248,000 nucleotides of DNA from Hyalangium minutum (GCF_000737315.1 NZ_JMCB01000006.1:764001-1012000); one strand, 5' to 3'. Shown: positions 41,601 through 53,551, numbered from the stretch's first letter. Numbers and translations: made by a program. The notes: generated by a model not told the origin, from the sequence alone.

Positions 41601-42164
41601 ATGCCCAAGCGGTTTTTCGAGCTCGCCGACGATGTGATTGTCCCGCACCGCTGGCACCTGGACACGCCGACGGACAGTCAGGGCCGCAAAGTGGACGATG
41701 CGCTGTTCAGGCTCGGGAGTCCCGTCCACATTCAGGGGCGCTTGAAAGTTCCTGTCGAGATCGCGGGCAAGCCACTGGACTTCACGGAAGCGAACGTCGG
41801 TGTTCCGGTGGTCCATGTCCGGGTTGCGTCCATGTTCGCGGAGCTGGCCCCTCACGATGTGCAACTCTTCCCTGTGGACGTTGAGGGCCAGCCGGATCAG
41901 TACCTCATCCTTGTGGCCACGCGGCTCATCCGCTGTATCGACGAGAAAGCATCCCGGATCCGGCTCTGGACTCATGAAGACGGGCTCCCAGAGATGGTCG
42001 GCCAGTATGCCTCCGTGCGCGACATGCGCATCGACAAGGCCCAGGTGGGAAGCGCCCAGGTGTTTCGTCCTGAGGGGTGGATCGTCTCTCTGATCGTCTC
42101 TGGGGAGCTCAAGGACGCCTTGGAGCGCATGGGCGCCACAGGCACGAGGTTCGAGGAAGTCTAA
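41601..42164 (+). CDS. Imm11/DUF1629-like immunity protein (orphan copy)
   Basis: Paralog of 43600-44163 and 69318-69881. Confidence 0.75.
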   Translation: MPKRFFELADDVIVPHRWHLDTPTDSQGRKVDDALFRLGSPVHIQGRLKVPVEIAGKPLDFTEANVGVPVVHVRVASMFAELAPHDVQLFPVDVEGQPDQYLILVATRLIRCIDEKASRIRLWTHEDGLPEMVGQYASVRDMRIDKAQVGSAQVFRPEGWIVSLIVSGELKDALERMGATGTRFEEV

Positions 42165-42225
42165 GTTCGAGCTGGGGTGCCTCACAACACGTGGGCGGCG
42201 CGGCCTTTAAAAGTAGGAGTCAGCC

Positions 42226-43590
42226 ATGAAGCAGAGGCAGGTGCAGTGCAGGGCCGGTGCCTTGCTCCTCGCGTTTCTCGTGGGATGCAGCAGTGTTCCG
42301 CGAGTCCCCCACGTGGAGCAGGCCGCCCCGGGTAAGGCCGTCGTCCACATTCCGCGCGCGGCGGAGCTGCAGCTCGTCGTGGTGGACAAAGAGGAGTTCC
42401 AGAAGGCCATTCGCAGGCTGGCGCGCGAGGCGCGGCTGTCCGGCTCCCCGCGACAGACGGTGGAGCGGATGTTCCGGATGGACGCGCAGTTCGGTAACTA
42501 CCTCTACCTCTTGAGGGACAAGAAGCTGGTGCCGGCGGGGCCAGGCGAGCTGCTGGAAGGGACGCTGACGAAAGAGGACTTGGAGACGGCCGAGCGCTAC
42601 CGGCTGTGGTGCCGGGACGTCCACGGCTTCTACGGCGACTGTCTCGGGGGAGCGCTGGTGGCAGGGCGCTACCTGGACATGCACGGCCGCTACATCTGGG
42701 CGTTGGCGCTGAGCAAGAGCCCGGTGTTGGAGGAAATGAAAAAGGCGTTGGGGGAGATGGTGCAAGTGCGCGCCCTCATCAACACAGTCCTATGGACGCT
42801 GGGTTCCATGCTGCTGATCCTCGCGCTCAACCCCGTGGCTCCTGCGCTGGTGGCGGTGGTGGGCCTGGGGCTGGTTCTGTACGTGGGCGTGGACACGCTG
42901 CAGAACCTCGTGTCCGGCTGGCTCGAGTTGATGGAGGAGGTGAAGGTGGCCAACACCTTCGAGCAGCTCCGCGAGGCGGGCGAACGCTTTGGGAAGATTC
43001 TCGGGCGCGAGGCGGCCCGCGCGTTCGCCATGCTGTTGATGGCGGCCATTGGCTCGACGGCGCAGCAGTTCGCGGCGAAGGTGCCGACACTGCCCGGTTC
43101 GGCGCAGGTGGCCGTGCAGGCCGAGGGTGTGGCAGGAATCCCGCTGCCCGCGTTGGGTGCAGTGGAGGAGTTGGCGCTGGCGGCCGAGGGCGTGAGCGTG
43201 ACGGTGGCCGCCACGGCGATGACCATGGGGGCCAGCGGCAGTGGCGGCACGAGCCCCTGCATCGAGACGCACCACATCGCTACCATTTGCAACGACACCT
43301 CCACCGCGCGTGGCGGGCCATGGACGCCGCGGTTCCGAGTCATCTTCGCCAAGGCGGGAATGTCGATGGATGACCCGGCGAACAAGATGCCGCTGCCGGG
43401 GCACTATGGGCCTCACCCCGAGCGGTACCACCAGATCGTCTATGATGAATTGTTCACGGCAACGAGTACTTGTCGCAGCATCTTGGACTGCCGTGAGAGG
43501 TTGACGCGCGCCCTTCGGGTTCTGGCGAAGGATATCTCCACACCAGGAACGGAGCTGAACCAGCTCCTGACCCGCCCATCGCCTCGTTAG
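42226..43590 (+). CDS. Lipoprotein toxin with AHH nuclease tip (SitA-like)
   Basis: Lipobox LVGC, ETHHIATI, GHYGPHPERYH. Confidence 0.8.
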   Translation: MKQRQVQCRAGALLLAFLVGCSSVPRVPHVEQAAPGKAVVHIPRAAELQLVVVDKEEFQKAIRRLAREARLSGSPRQTVERMFRMDAQFGNYLYLLRDKKLVPAGPGELLEGTLTKEDLETAERYRLWCRDVHGFYGDCLGGALVAGRYLDMHGRYIWALALSKSPVLEEMKKALGEMVQVRALINTVLWTLGSMLLILALNPVAPALVAVVGLGLVLYVGVDTLQNLVSGWLELMEEVKVANTFEQLREAGERFGKILGREAARAFAMLLMAAIGSTAQQFAAKVPTLPGSAQVAVQAEGVAGIPLPALGAVEELALAAEGVSVTVAATAMTMGASGSGGTSPCIETHHIATICNDTSTARGGPWTPRFRVIFAKAGMSMDDPANKMPLPGHYGPHPERYHQIVYDELFTATSTCRSILDCRERLTRALRVLAKDISTPGTELNQLLTRPSPR

Positions 43591-43599
43591 AAGGAGATC

Positions 43600-44163
43600 A
43601 TGCCACAGCGTTTTTTCAGACTCGCCGACGATGTGCGGGCTGCCCACCGCTGGCATCTCGATACGCCGAAGGACCGTCAGGGCCACACGGTGGATTACAG
43701 AGACTTCAGTCGTGGAACGCCTGTCCCGGCCAAGGACCGCTTGCGAATTCCCGTCGAGATCTCGGGCAACCCGCTGGACTACACAGAGGCGAACGTGAAC
43801 ATCCCAGTGGTTCACGTCCGCGTCGCGTCCGTGTTCGCGGAGCTGGCCCCTGCTGATGTGCAGATGATCCCGGTGGATGTGGAGGACCACCCAGACCAGT
43901 ACCTCATCCTCGTGGCCACACGGCTCATCCGCTGTATCGACGAGAAGGCATCTCGTATCCGTCTCTGGACACACGAAGATGGACTCCCTGCGATGGTCGG
44001 CCAGTACGCCTCGGTACGAGACCTGCGTATCGATAGGGCCCAGGTCGGAAGCGCCCAGGTATTCCGGCCCGAAGGGTGGACCGTCTCGCTCATCGTCTCC
44101 GGGGAGATTCATGACGCCCTGGAGCGCATGGGCGCCACAGGCACGCGGTTCGAGGAGGTCTAA
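43600..44163 (+). CDS. Imm11/DUF1629-like immunity protein
   Basis: Directly downstream of AHH toxin. Confidence 0.75.
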   Translation: MPQRFFRLADDVRAAHRWHLDTPKDRQGHTVDYRDFSRGTPVPAKDRLRIPVEISGNPLDYTEANVNIPVVHVRVASVFAELAPADVQMIPVDVEDHPDQYLILVATRLIRCIDEKASRIRLWTHEDGLPAMVGQYASVRDLRIDRAQVGSAQVFRPEGWTVSLIVSGEIHDALERMGATGTRFEEV

Positions 44164-44452
44164 TGAGGGTGGTAGCCATCGCGATGTCAGACTGAGGGAC
44201 TACTCCTGGGGCTGCTCTGTCCCAGGAGGCTGTCCTGAGTTTCCCCCTTCCCATTCTCCACTGCTCTGAGCCCCCGCAGGACTGTGTTCCCGAGGAGGAG
44301 GTGTGCTCGGTGGACTCGAAGGTTCCCTGTGAGCCGGGCGGCGTCCAGAGTCCCGTGCCCTCCCCTCCTCATAATAAGGAGGAGTGCCCCCGCAGCAGCA
44401 GCACGCGCAGCCTCGTCGATGTGCTCGACGCACTGATGTAGCGCAGCGGCGC

Positions 44453-45526
44453 TCAGCCCACGTTCACCACGCGCGCCATCACCGCGTTGTTGCCGTAGCC
44501 CAGCCGGTTCCACTGTGACGTCTCCGGCTGTGTCTCGCCGGCCTCGTCCGTGGCCCGGGCTCTCAGCGTGTGCCGCCCCGGCTTCGCGTCCTCCCACGTG
44601 AAGGCCCAGCGCACCCATGCCGACGGTTTCGGTTTCTCCAGCAGCGTGGCCGGCTTCCACGTCTCCCCGCCGTCCACCGCCACCTCCACCTGCACCACCC
44701 GACGCTCCCCGCTCCACGCGATGCCGTGCACCACCACCCGGCCCGGTGCCACGCGAGCCCCTTCCGAGGGCGTCAGGATCAGCGACTTCACCCGCATCCG
44801 CGTCACCGGCTCCGGCGCACGGCCGTTGCTCAGGTCATAGATGTAGCGCTCGCGCTGGTAGTAGCCGCTGAAGGGCCGCGTGAGGGCCTCGATGCGCTTC
44901 ACCCACTTCACGCTCGCCATGCCGTACCAGCCCGGGACGATCAGCCGCATCGGTGCCCCGTGCGCGCGAGGCAGCGGCTCCCCGTTCATCTCCAGCGCCA
45001 GCAGCGTGTCCGGGTGCATCGCCTTGCTCACCGGCAGCGCACGGGCGAAGCGCTTGCTCCCCTCCCCGTCCGCTCCTTCCACCAGGATCTCCAGCACGTT
45101 CGGGCGCAGTCGCGCGCGTCCCAGCACCTCCGCCAGCGGCACGCCCCTCCACACCGCCGTGCTCAGCGCGCCCTTGTCCCAGGGCTCGCCCTCCGGCAGA
45201 GGAGACATCGCCGTGCGGCCGTTGCCCGCGCACTCCACGGTCGCCGTCACCTCGCGCAGGGGCCCTCGCGCCAAGTCCTTCAGCCGCAGCGTCAGCGGCG
45301 CCTCCACCGCCCCCTCCACGGTGATGCGGTGGGTGGCGGTGGGCAGCTCCGGCTCGGCGTAGTTGCTGCGCACGAAGAAGGAGTCCGTGGGCGTCCGCGG
45401 ATGAGTCAGCGCCTCCAGCGGTGCCTCCGCGTTGAAGGGCTCGAGCTTCACCGGCACCAGCTTGGCCCGCGTCTCTTTGTGGAGCTCCTCCTGCGCCTCG
45501 TCCCCTGTCCCCTGTTCTCCCTCCAC
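44453..45526 (-). CDS. Sulfite oxidase family molybdopterin enzyme
   Basis: ECAGNGR, GWYGMASVKW. Confidence 0.9.
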   Translation of the reverse strand: MEGEQGTGDEAQEELHKETRAKLVPVKLEPFNAEAPLEALTHPRTPTDSFFVRSNYAEPELPTATHRITVEGAVEAPLTLRLKDLARGPLREVTATVECAGNGRTAMSPLPEGEPWDKGALSTAVWRGVPLAEVLGRARLRPNVLEILVEGADGEGSKRFARALPVSKAMHPDTLLALEMNGEPLPRAHGAPMRLIVPGWYGMASVKWVKRIEALTRPFSGYYQRERYIYDLSNGRAPEPVTRMRVKSLILTPSEGARVAPGRVVVHGIAWSGERRVVQVEVAVDGGETWKPATLLEKPKPSAWVRWAFTWEDAKPGRHTLRARATDEAGETQPETSQWNRLGYGNNAVMARVVNVG

Positions 45527-45730
45527 GCCCCACCCCCTGCCCGGGAGATGGGGTTCGCCTGTCCAGAGGACAAGGGCCCGCGTTCGCTGGCGGTCATTTG
45601 GAAGGCCAGACGTTCAGTCGCATGCGAGGCGGGTGAATCCCGGTGGACATGGCTGTCTGGACGCTCGCCAGGGGAGTCCACCGTCTGGAGACGCAGCAGC
45701 CCCGCGTCGGTCGTGTTAGTGGGAGGCGCG

Positions 45731-47563
<1,833 letters not shown>

Positions 47564-47780
47564 TCAGCGTCTGATCAAGGTTCCAGCCGCAGTGGAACCG
47601 GATCCGCGGGCGGCCATCGGGAAATTCGAAAAGCCCTGGCAACGGCGGCGCGCTTCAGGTACACGGTCGCCCCGCTCCGGATCCGGCGGTGAGAGACTTA
47701 TCGGGTCGGATCCACCCGTGCTGTCCTGCCAAGTCAGTATGTCCAAGTACGTTCCGAGCGGCGTTTCCGTTCTGTGAGCC

Positions 47781-47896
47781 TGTGGACACGATGAAAGGCG
47801 GCCTGTGGGAAACGTGTGGAGAACTCGCGCTTTTCTGGAGGCCTGAAGGAAATCAGGCACTTGGGCCCCGGGGGCATGTGGAGGATCTGTGGATAA
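47781..47896. promoter_or_regulatory. Cluster of five co-oriented DnaA-box-like 9-mers
   Basis: TGTGGACAC 47781, TGTGGGAAA 47804, TGTGGAGAA 47815, TGTGGAGGA 47877, perfect TGTGGATAA 47888. Confidence 0.6.
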
Positions 47897-48542
47897 CACG
47901 CGCTTCTTTGATCAGCTCCAACAGGGGTGTCAGACGCTGGGTGTGAGCGTGGGTGAGGACGTCCCCGCGAAGCTGCTTCGGCTCATGAGTGAGCTGATCA
48001 AGTGGAACGCGAAGGTGAATCTCACCGCCATTACGGAGCCGGAAGAGGTGCTCGAGAAGCACTTCCTGGACTCGCTGGCGGTGCTGCCCGAGGTGGAGGG
48101 CGCTTCTTCATTACTGGATCTCGGAGCGGGGGCGGGCTTCCCGGGGCTGCCGCTCAAGCTGGCCCGGCCGGCCATGGCGGTGACGCTCGTTGACGCGGTG
48201 GGCAAGAAGGTGGGCTTCCTCAAGGCCGCCATCGCCGTGCTGGGGATGAAGGAGGCGCGGGGACTCCATGCGCGCGCCGAGGGCCAGCCCGAGTCCGAGG
48301 GCATTCCGCGCGCGGAGCTGCTCATCGCCCGCGCGTTCATGGACTTGCCGGATTGGTTGAACCTCGCGCCCGCGTACGTGCAGCCGGGGGGGCGCGTGGT
48401 GGCCATGCTCGGCAAGGCTCAGCCGGACACGGAGCTGCACGCGCGCGCGGGTGAGCGAGGCCTCCGGCTGGTTTCCGCGCGCCAGTACCGGCTTCCGTTC
48501 TCGCGGGCCGAGCGGCAGGTCGCCGTCTTCTCGAAGGTCTGA
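47889..48542 (+). CDS. rsmG: 16S rRNA m7G527 methyltransferase
   Basis: KHFLDSL, DLGAGAGFPG, follows mnmG. Confidence 0.95.
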   Translation: MDNTRFFDQLQQGCQTLGVSVGEDVPAKLLRLMSELIKWNAKVNLTAITEPEEVLEKHFLDSLAVLPEVEGASSLLDLGAGAGFPGLPLKLARPAMAVTLVDAVGKKVGFLKAAIAVLGMKEARGLHARAEGQPESEGIPRAELLIARAFMDLPDWLNLAPAYVQPGGRVVAMLGKAQPDTELHARAGERGLRLVSARQYRLPFSRAERQVAVFSKV

Positions 48543-48574
48543 CGAACGTCAGCGCCCGCTTCGCTGGCGGGTGA

Positions 48575-49081
48575 TCAGCGAGCGTTCCACGCCACGGACT
48601 CGGACTGCAGCGAGAGGATCCGCGAAGCCCGGGAGCGCTGGCCCTCCGCCAGGCACGGGGTGGCGCCCGTGAGCGAGAAGGTCGCCGAGGCCGACAGCCC
48701 CACCGCGTTCGTCACCGTGGCGGTGATCTCCGGAGCAGTGTCCGTGAGCATGCACGGTGGCGGCATCCAGACCACTTCGCTCTGCGTGGCCTCGGACACA
48801 GCGGGGCCCAGGGTGCCCGTGTTGGTGGACCAGGTGATGGTGAGCGCGCGCGCTTGTGGATCCGCCGCGACAACGCGGAAGGTGACGCGGTTGCCGGAGA
48901 ACCAGCGCAGCTCGGACTGGAAGGTGCTGGTGATGCGCGGGGCGGCGGAGGCGTCGAGCGGGCTCTCGCGCGGCGAGGTCTGCTGCGCGGCGGGCTCGGC
49001 GGACTGCTGGCTGCAGCCTCCGAGGAGCATGCCCAGCGCCGCCATCAGCCCCCTGCCCTTCCATCCTTTATATGCGTGCAT
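48575..49081 (-). CDS. Lipoprotein with Ig/PKD-like domain
   Basis: Lipobox LGGC, beta-rich. Confidence 0.55.
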   Translation of the reverse strand: MHAYKGWKGRGLMAALGMLLGGCSQQSAEPAAQQTSPRESPLDASAAPRITSTFQSELRWFSGNRVTFRVVAADPQARALTITWSTNTGTLGPAVSEATQSEVVWMPPPCMLTDTAPEITATVTNAVGLSASATFSLTGATPCLAEGQRSRASRILSLQSESVAWNAR

Positions 49082-49162
49082 GGCGCGCCTCCCGGCTCAG
49101 CGCTCGAAAACGCTGCGCACACTGTAGGAGACGTTGAAGGGAGGGCCAGTTTTCAGCGCGGA

Positions 49163-50764
49163 TCAGCGCGGCGAGTCGGCGATGTCCTGGAGCATGGAGG
49201 GCCGGGGCAGCGGGCACTCGGGGCCGTAGAGCTCGAGCGAGCGCAGGAGCCCCCAGCCTCCGTTCCAGTCGGTGCCCATGAAGCGGACGTAGCGCGCCAC
49301 CCGCTGAGGGAACCACACGCGGCGGGGGACGTTGTTGTCCTGGGGCTCGTTGATCACCGAGTGCAGGGCGCTCCAGCGCACGCCGTCCAGGCTCGTCGTC
49401 ACCGTGCTCTTCGCGCTTGGGCCGAAGCGGGTTTCCCAGGCCCAGTCCAGCACCATGCCGGTGAGGGTGTAGTCGCGGCTGAGATCCACCTGTACCCAGG
49501 CACCGGTCGACTGATTGCTTCGCCAGGCGGTGGCCCGGTTGCGGTCGAACGCGGCGCTGGCCCCCCCCGTCTCGTAGAAGCCCGAGGCGCTCGCGGAGGC
49601 ATAACCGGCGAACTCGCAGTCCCGGGGCTGATGATCCGGTGCCCACTGCTCCTGGACCTGGAGGGACGGCTGCTCGGCGGAGGGGGTGTCCATCATGTCG
49701 GGCGGATGGAGGGAGCCGGAGCCGCGAGCCGGAAGAGGCTGGGGTGGGGGCAACAGGGTGGCGGGAGAGCGGGGGGGCGGCGTTGCCCACCTGCTCCTGG
49801 GGTGTTCTGGGGTGGAGTGCGCGGTGACGCGGCCTGTGGCGAAACCCGCGCCGAAGATCAGCAGCGCGGCGCCCGCGGCCAGGGCCACGCGCTTCAGGCG
49901 GCGTGCGTGAGGCCGGTGGGTTTGCTCGGGGGCCTCGAGGTCGCGCAGGGCGTTGGGGGCGGAGGCGAAGCGCAGCGCCGGATCCACGGAGGTGAGCCGC
50001 GCGAGGAATTCGCGGAACGGGGGGGTGACATCCACGCTCGCGGCGAGCTTCTCGGAGGAGGTCAGCTTCTGCTGCTTCCACGCCGGATCCCACGAGAGAG
50101 CATCCACCAGGGTGACGCCGAGGCCGAAGAGATCCGTGGCGGCGTCCAGCTCACCGTGGGTCTGGTCGGGGGGCGTGTAGCGGGAGGCCTCGGAGCTGGC
50201 GCCGCCGCGCACCCAGGCCGCGCCGAAGTCGACGAGGAACAGGGCGCCATCCGCGCGGCGGATGAGGTTGGCGGGCTTGAGGTCTCCATGGAACACCCGC
50301 GGGGAGCGGCTCTGCAGGTAGCGGAGGATGTCGAGCACCTGGCGGGCGAGCTCGCGGGCCTCGAGCTCGGTGGAGTGGCGGCCGGCGAGCTCGGTCTCCA
50401 GCGGGGTGCCTTCGATGAACTCCTGAACGAGGTAGAGCCGGGTGCCGGATCCGAGGCCGAGCTGGAGCAGGTCCAGGTAGCGGGGGATGCGTGGATGGGT
50501 GAGGCCCTGGAGCTGGCGCGCTTCCTGGTGGAAGGCTTGGAGGGTGGTGGCGGAGGGTTCGGTGGAGAAGGACAGCTCCTTGAGGACGACGAGCCCCTCT
50601 GCATCATCGGCGAGATAGGTGCGGGCAGCGCCGCGCTGGCCGAGGACCTGGCGCACGCGGTAGGGCCCGACTCTCACGGCCACGCCGCAGTGGGTGCAGC
50701 GCTCGCCGGTCGCGGCGCTCGAGCACCCGGGGCAGCTTCCCGCGGGTGGAAGAGGACCAATCAT
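49163..50764 (-). CDS. Ser/Thr kinase-like protein with TM helix and C-terminal discoidin (F5/8) domain
   Basis: HGDLKPAN, VDFG; AFDRNRATAWRS..WVQVDL. Confidence 0.8.
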   Translation of the reverse strand: MIGPLPPAGSCPGCSSAATGERCTHCGVAVRVGPYRVRQVLGQRGAARTYLADDAEGLVVLKELSFSTEPSATTLQAFHQEARQLQGLTHPRIPRYLDLLQLGLGSGTRLYLVQEFIEGTPLETELAGRHSTELEARELARQVLDILRYLQSRSPRVFHGDLKPANLIRRADGALFLVDFGAAWVRGGASSEASRYTPPDQTHGELDAATDLFGLGVTLVDALSWDPAWKQQKLTSSEKLAASVDVTPPFREFLARLTSVDPALRFASAPNALRDLEAPEQTHRPHARRLKRVALAAGAALLIFGAGFATGRVTAHSTPEHPRSRWATPPPRSPATLLPPPQPLPARGSGSLHPPDMMDTPSAEQPSLQVQEQWAPDHQPRDCEFAGYASASASGFYETGGASAAFDRNRATAWRSNQSTGAWVQVDLSRDYTLTGMVLDWAWETRFGPSAKSTVTTSLDGVRWSALHSVINEPQDNNVPRRVWFPQRVARYVRFMGTDWNGGWGLLRSLELYGPECPLPRPSMLQDIADSPR

Positions 50765-50995
50765 CGAGCTTCTTCCTGTGCCAGCCGGCATGAACGGTCT
50801 CCTACCGCGTTCGACGCGGCATTGTCCGCTGGGATGCGGCTGCGGACAAGGCTGCGAGGGTTGCGAGTCTCTCGATGAGCGGGGGCGCGGTGGCGGGGTT
50901 CGCGGATCCGGTGGACAGGGATGCGGGCGCTTCAGGCACGGGCTCACGGCTCGAGTGACGCAGGTTCGTGGATCCACGGTGCGGGTGACACGGGT

Positions 50996-51069
50996 CGCGG
51001 GTCCCTCGTCTCGGCGCGGGTCCCCCCGTCAGCGGACGGGTCCTCCCGCGCCGGCCGTCCCGCTCTCCC
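50996..51069 (+). repeat. Dispersed ~74 bp intergenic repeat, copy 1
   Basis: Matches 119211-119284 base for base by eye. Confidence 0.85.
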
Positions 51070-51169
51070 CATGGGGTCCGGTTCGTGGCCCGCGGATCCA
51101 CCTACGGGGGACTGGGGACTCGGGTGTGGAGTGACAGCACGCATATGGCAGCCGCTGTCCATGCACCCC

Positions 51170-51515
51170 TGTTCCACGTGGAACTGCGGGAGCTCACCCC
51201 ACGGCCCACGGACTCAGGGGCCCACCTTCATACATAGGAATGAAGGTTCCACGTGGAACAGCCTGCCCCGCTCTGGGACTGGCACCGGCGCCTCCATGCA
51301 TCCAATCCCCATCATCAAGGTTCCACGTGGAACACCCACGGTCGGGAAGCCGGAGACCTTCAGGCCTCGCCCCCATAGGCATCCGCATGGGGCGCGGACT
51401 CAGTGCCCAGGCTCCATCTCTTCCGGTGTTCCACGTGGAACGTCCAGGCCCCGGATGCGTCCTGTTCGAGTCCGGTACCGGGACCTCTTCAGGGATCCTT
51501 GTTCCACGTGGAACG
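51170..51515. promoter_or_regulatory. parS centromere cluster, five GTTCCACGTGGAAC palindromes
   Basis: Sites at 51170, 51245, 51319, 51427, 51500, directly upstream of parAB. Confidence 0.95.
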
Positions 51516-51765
51516 TCCCCTCCCCGGACCCGCTCAGGGCCGCCAGAGAGGACCTCCGGCGTGCCGCTCCGGCCCCCCTCCGAGGTCATCCGAGAGGTCA
51601 CCGAGCAGGCCCAAATTGGCACTAGATCGGGTGACCGTTTGGTGGCTCAATGCCCCCGCACTTTCGTGCACCGGGCGACTCCCTCACGCGCCGCCCCGAT
51701 GCCCGAAAGCGTCTCGGAACGCAACGCGCACCCCGGACTCCGGGGACGGAATGAGGATGGGCCAC

Positions 51766-52557
51766 GTGGGTCGAATCATCTGCATCTCCAACCAGAAGGG
51801 TGGCGTCGGAAAGACGACCACCGCCATCAACCTCGCCGCCAGCCTGGCCTCGGCGGAGCGCCGCACGCTCCTGGTCGACATGGATCCGCAAGGCAACGCC
51901 GGCAGTGGACTCGGTCTCAAGCGCGACCAGCTCAACGGCACCATCTATGAGGCCCTCCTCAATGGCCGCCCCATGAAGGAGCTCATTCACTCCACCGAGC
52001 TCCGCTACCTCCACGTCGTCCCCGCCACCCCAGACCTCACCGGCGCCGAAGTGGAGCTCGTCAGCCACGAGCGCCGCGAGTTCCGTCTCCGCGAGGCCCT
52101 CCGTCCGCTGGCCAAGGAGTACGACTACATCCTCATCGACTGCCCCCCGTCGCTGGGCCTGCTCACGCTCAACTCGCTGGTGGCCGCCGACTCCGTCCTC
52201 ATCCCCCTGCAGTGCGAGTACTACGCGCTCGAGGGTCTCTCTCAGCTCACCCACACCGTGGACCTGGTGCGCCAGGAGCTGAACCCCTCGCTCAAGATGG
52301 AGGGCATCCTCCTCACCATGTTCGATGGGCGCGCCAACATCGCCAACCAGGTGGTCGATGAAGTGCGCGGCTACTTCAAGGACAAGGTCTTCGGCGTGGT
52401 GGTGCCGCGCAACGTGCGCCTCGCCGAGTGCCCCTCGTTCGGCAAGCCCATCATCCTCTATGACATCAAGTCCAAGGGCTGCGAGAGCTACCTGGCTCTC
52501 GGCCGAGAGATCATGAACCGCGAGGGCAGGAAGCCGCCCGCCCGCAAGGTCGCTTGA
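51766..52557 (+). CDS. parA: Chromosome partitioning ATPase ParA
   Basis: NQKGGVGKTT, DMDPQGN, DCPPSLG, PRNVRLAECPS. Confidence 0.96.
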   Translation: MGRIICISNQKGGVGKTTTAINLAASLASAERRTLLVDMDPQGNAGSGLGLKRDQLNGTIYEALLNGRPMKELIHSTELRYLHVVPATPDLTGAEVELVSHERREFRLREALRPLAKEYDYILIDCPPSLGLLTLNSLVAADSVLIPLQCEYYALEGLSQLTHTVDLVRQELNPSLKMEGILLTMFDGRANIANQVVDEVRGYFKDKVFGVVVPRNVRLAECPSFGKPIILYDIKSKGCESYLALGREIMNREGRKPPARKVA

Positions 52558-52651
52558 TTCGCTTCCCCCTTCCCAAGGACCCTCAACCTTCCCCTCCACG
52601 CTCCCCGGGGCGTGAGGACCTGGCGCCTGGACGCCACCGTGGAGAGAAGAC

Positions 52652-53548
52652 GTGCTGAACGCTGCCGATAAACAGAAGCGGGCACTGGGCCGAGGGCTCT
52701 CGGCCCTCATCCCGCAAGCCGCACCCGTGGCCGCCGTCCCTAATAAGGTGGCGGCCGAGTCGCCGCGCAACGGCGTGCTCAAGCTGCCCATCGAGTCCAT
52801 CCACCGCGACAGTGCGCAGCCGCGCCATCACTTCGATGAGGCCAAGCTCTCGGAGCTCACCGAGTCCATCAAGGCTCAGGGCGTGCTGCAGCCGGTGCTC
52901 GTCCGCAAGGATGGCGATGGCTACAAGCTCATCGCCGGTGAGCGGCGCTGGCGCGCGGCTCAGGCCGCCGGGCTGAAGGAAGTGCCCGCGCTGGTGCGCG
53001 AGGTGACCGAGGCCCAGGCCTTCGAGCTGGCGCTGGTGGAGAACCTCCAGCGCGCGGACCTCAACCCCATCGAAGAGGCCGAGGGCTACCAGCGCCTGCA
53101 GGACGAGTTCAAGCTCACCCAGGAGCAGATCAGCCAGCGCGTGGGCAAGGAGCGCTCCACGGTGGCCAACGCCCTGCGGCTCCTGGCCCTGCCCAAGGAT
53201 GTGAAGGAGATGGTGGCCGAGGGCTCCTTGAGCATGGGCCATGCGCGCGCGCTGCTCGGCGTGCCTCGGCTGCCCGAGCTTCAGGCGCTGGCGGCGAAGG
53301 TCGCCGAGCAGAAGCTCTCCGTTCGCGACACTGAGAAGTTGGTGCAGCAGCGCCGTGCACCTAAGAAGGAAGCAGGTCGTCCACCCAAGCAGAGCGCGCA
53401 GGCCAAGGCGCTCATCGAAGAGCTTCAGCGCCGGTTGGGAACAAAAGTGCGTCTATCGGAGAGGTCCCCAGGAAAAGGAACTTTGGAAGTGGACTTCTTC
53501 TCGTACGATGACCTGGATCGGTTGTTGAAGCTTCTCAGGAAGGAGTAG
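52652..53548 (+). CDS. parB: Chromosome partitioning protein ParB
   Basis: LGRGLSAL, AGERRWRA, ENLQRADL. Confidence 0.96.
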   Translation: MLNAADKQKRALGRGLSALIPQAAPVAAVPNKVAAESPRNGVLKLPIESIHRDSAQPRHHFDEAKLSELTESIKAQGVLQPVLVRKDGDGYKLIAGERRWRAAQAAGLKEVPALVREVTEAQAFELALVENLQRADLNPIEEAEGYQRLQDEFKLTQEQISQRVGKERSTVANALRLLALPKDVKEMVAEGSLSMGHARALLGVPRLPELQALAAKVAEQKLSVRDTEKLVQQRRAPKKEAGRPPKQSAQAKALIEELQRRLGTKVRLSERSPGKGTLEVDFFSYDDLDRLLKLLRKE

Positions 53549-53551
53549 CGC

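Noticed and set aside
47579-47599. GGTTCCA..TGGAACC as a sixth parS site
   Set aside because: The 7 nt spacer breaks the parS geometry; more likely a hairpin after mnmG.
51170-51515. Regularly recurring palindromes that look like a CRISPR array
   Set aside because: Repeats are 14-16 bp parS consensus with uneven spacing, lie upstream of parAB, and no cas genes are present.
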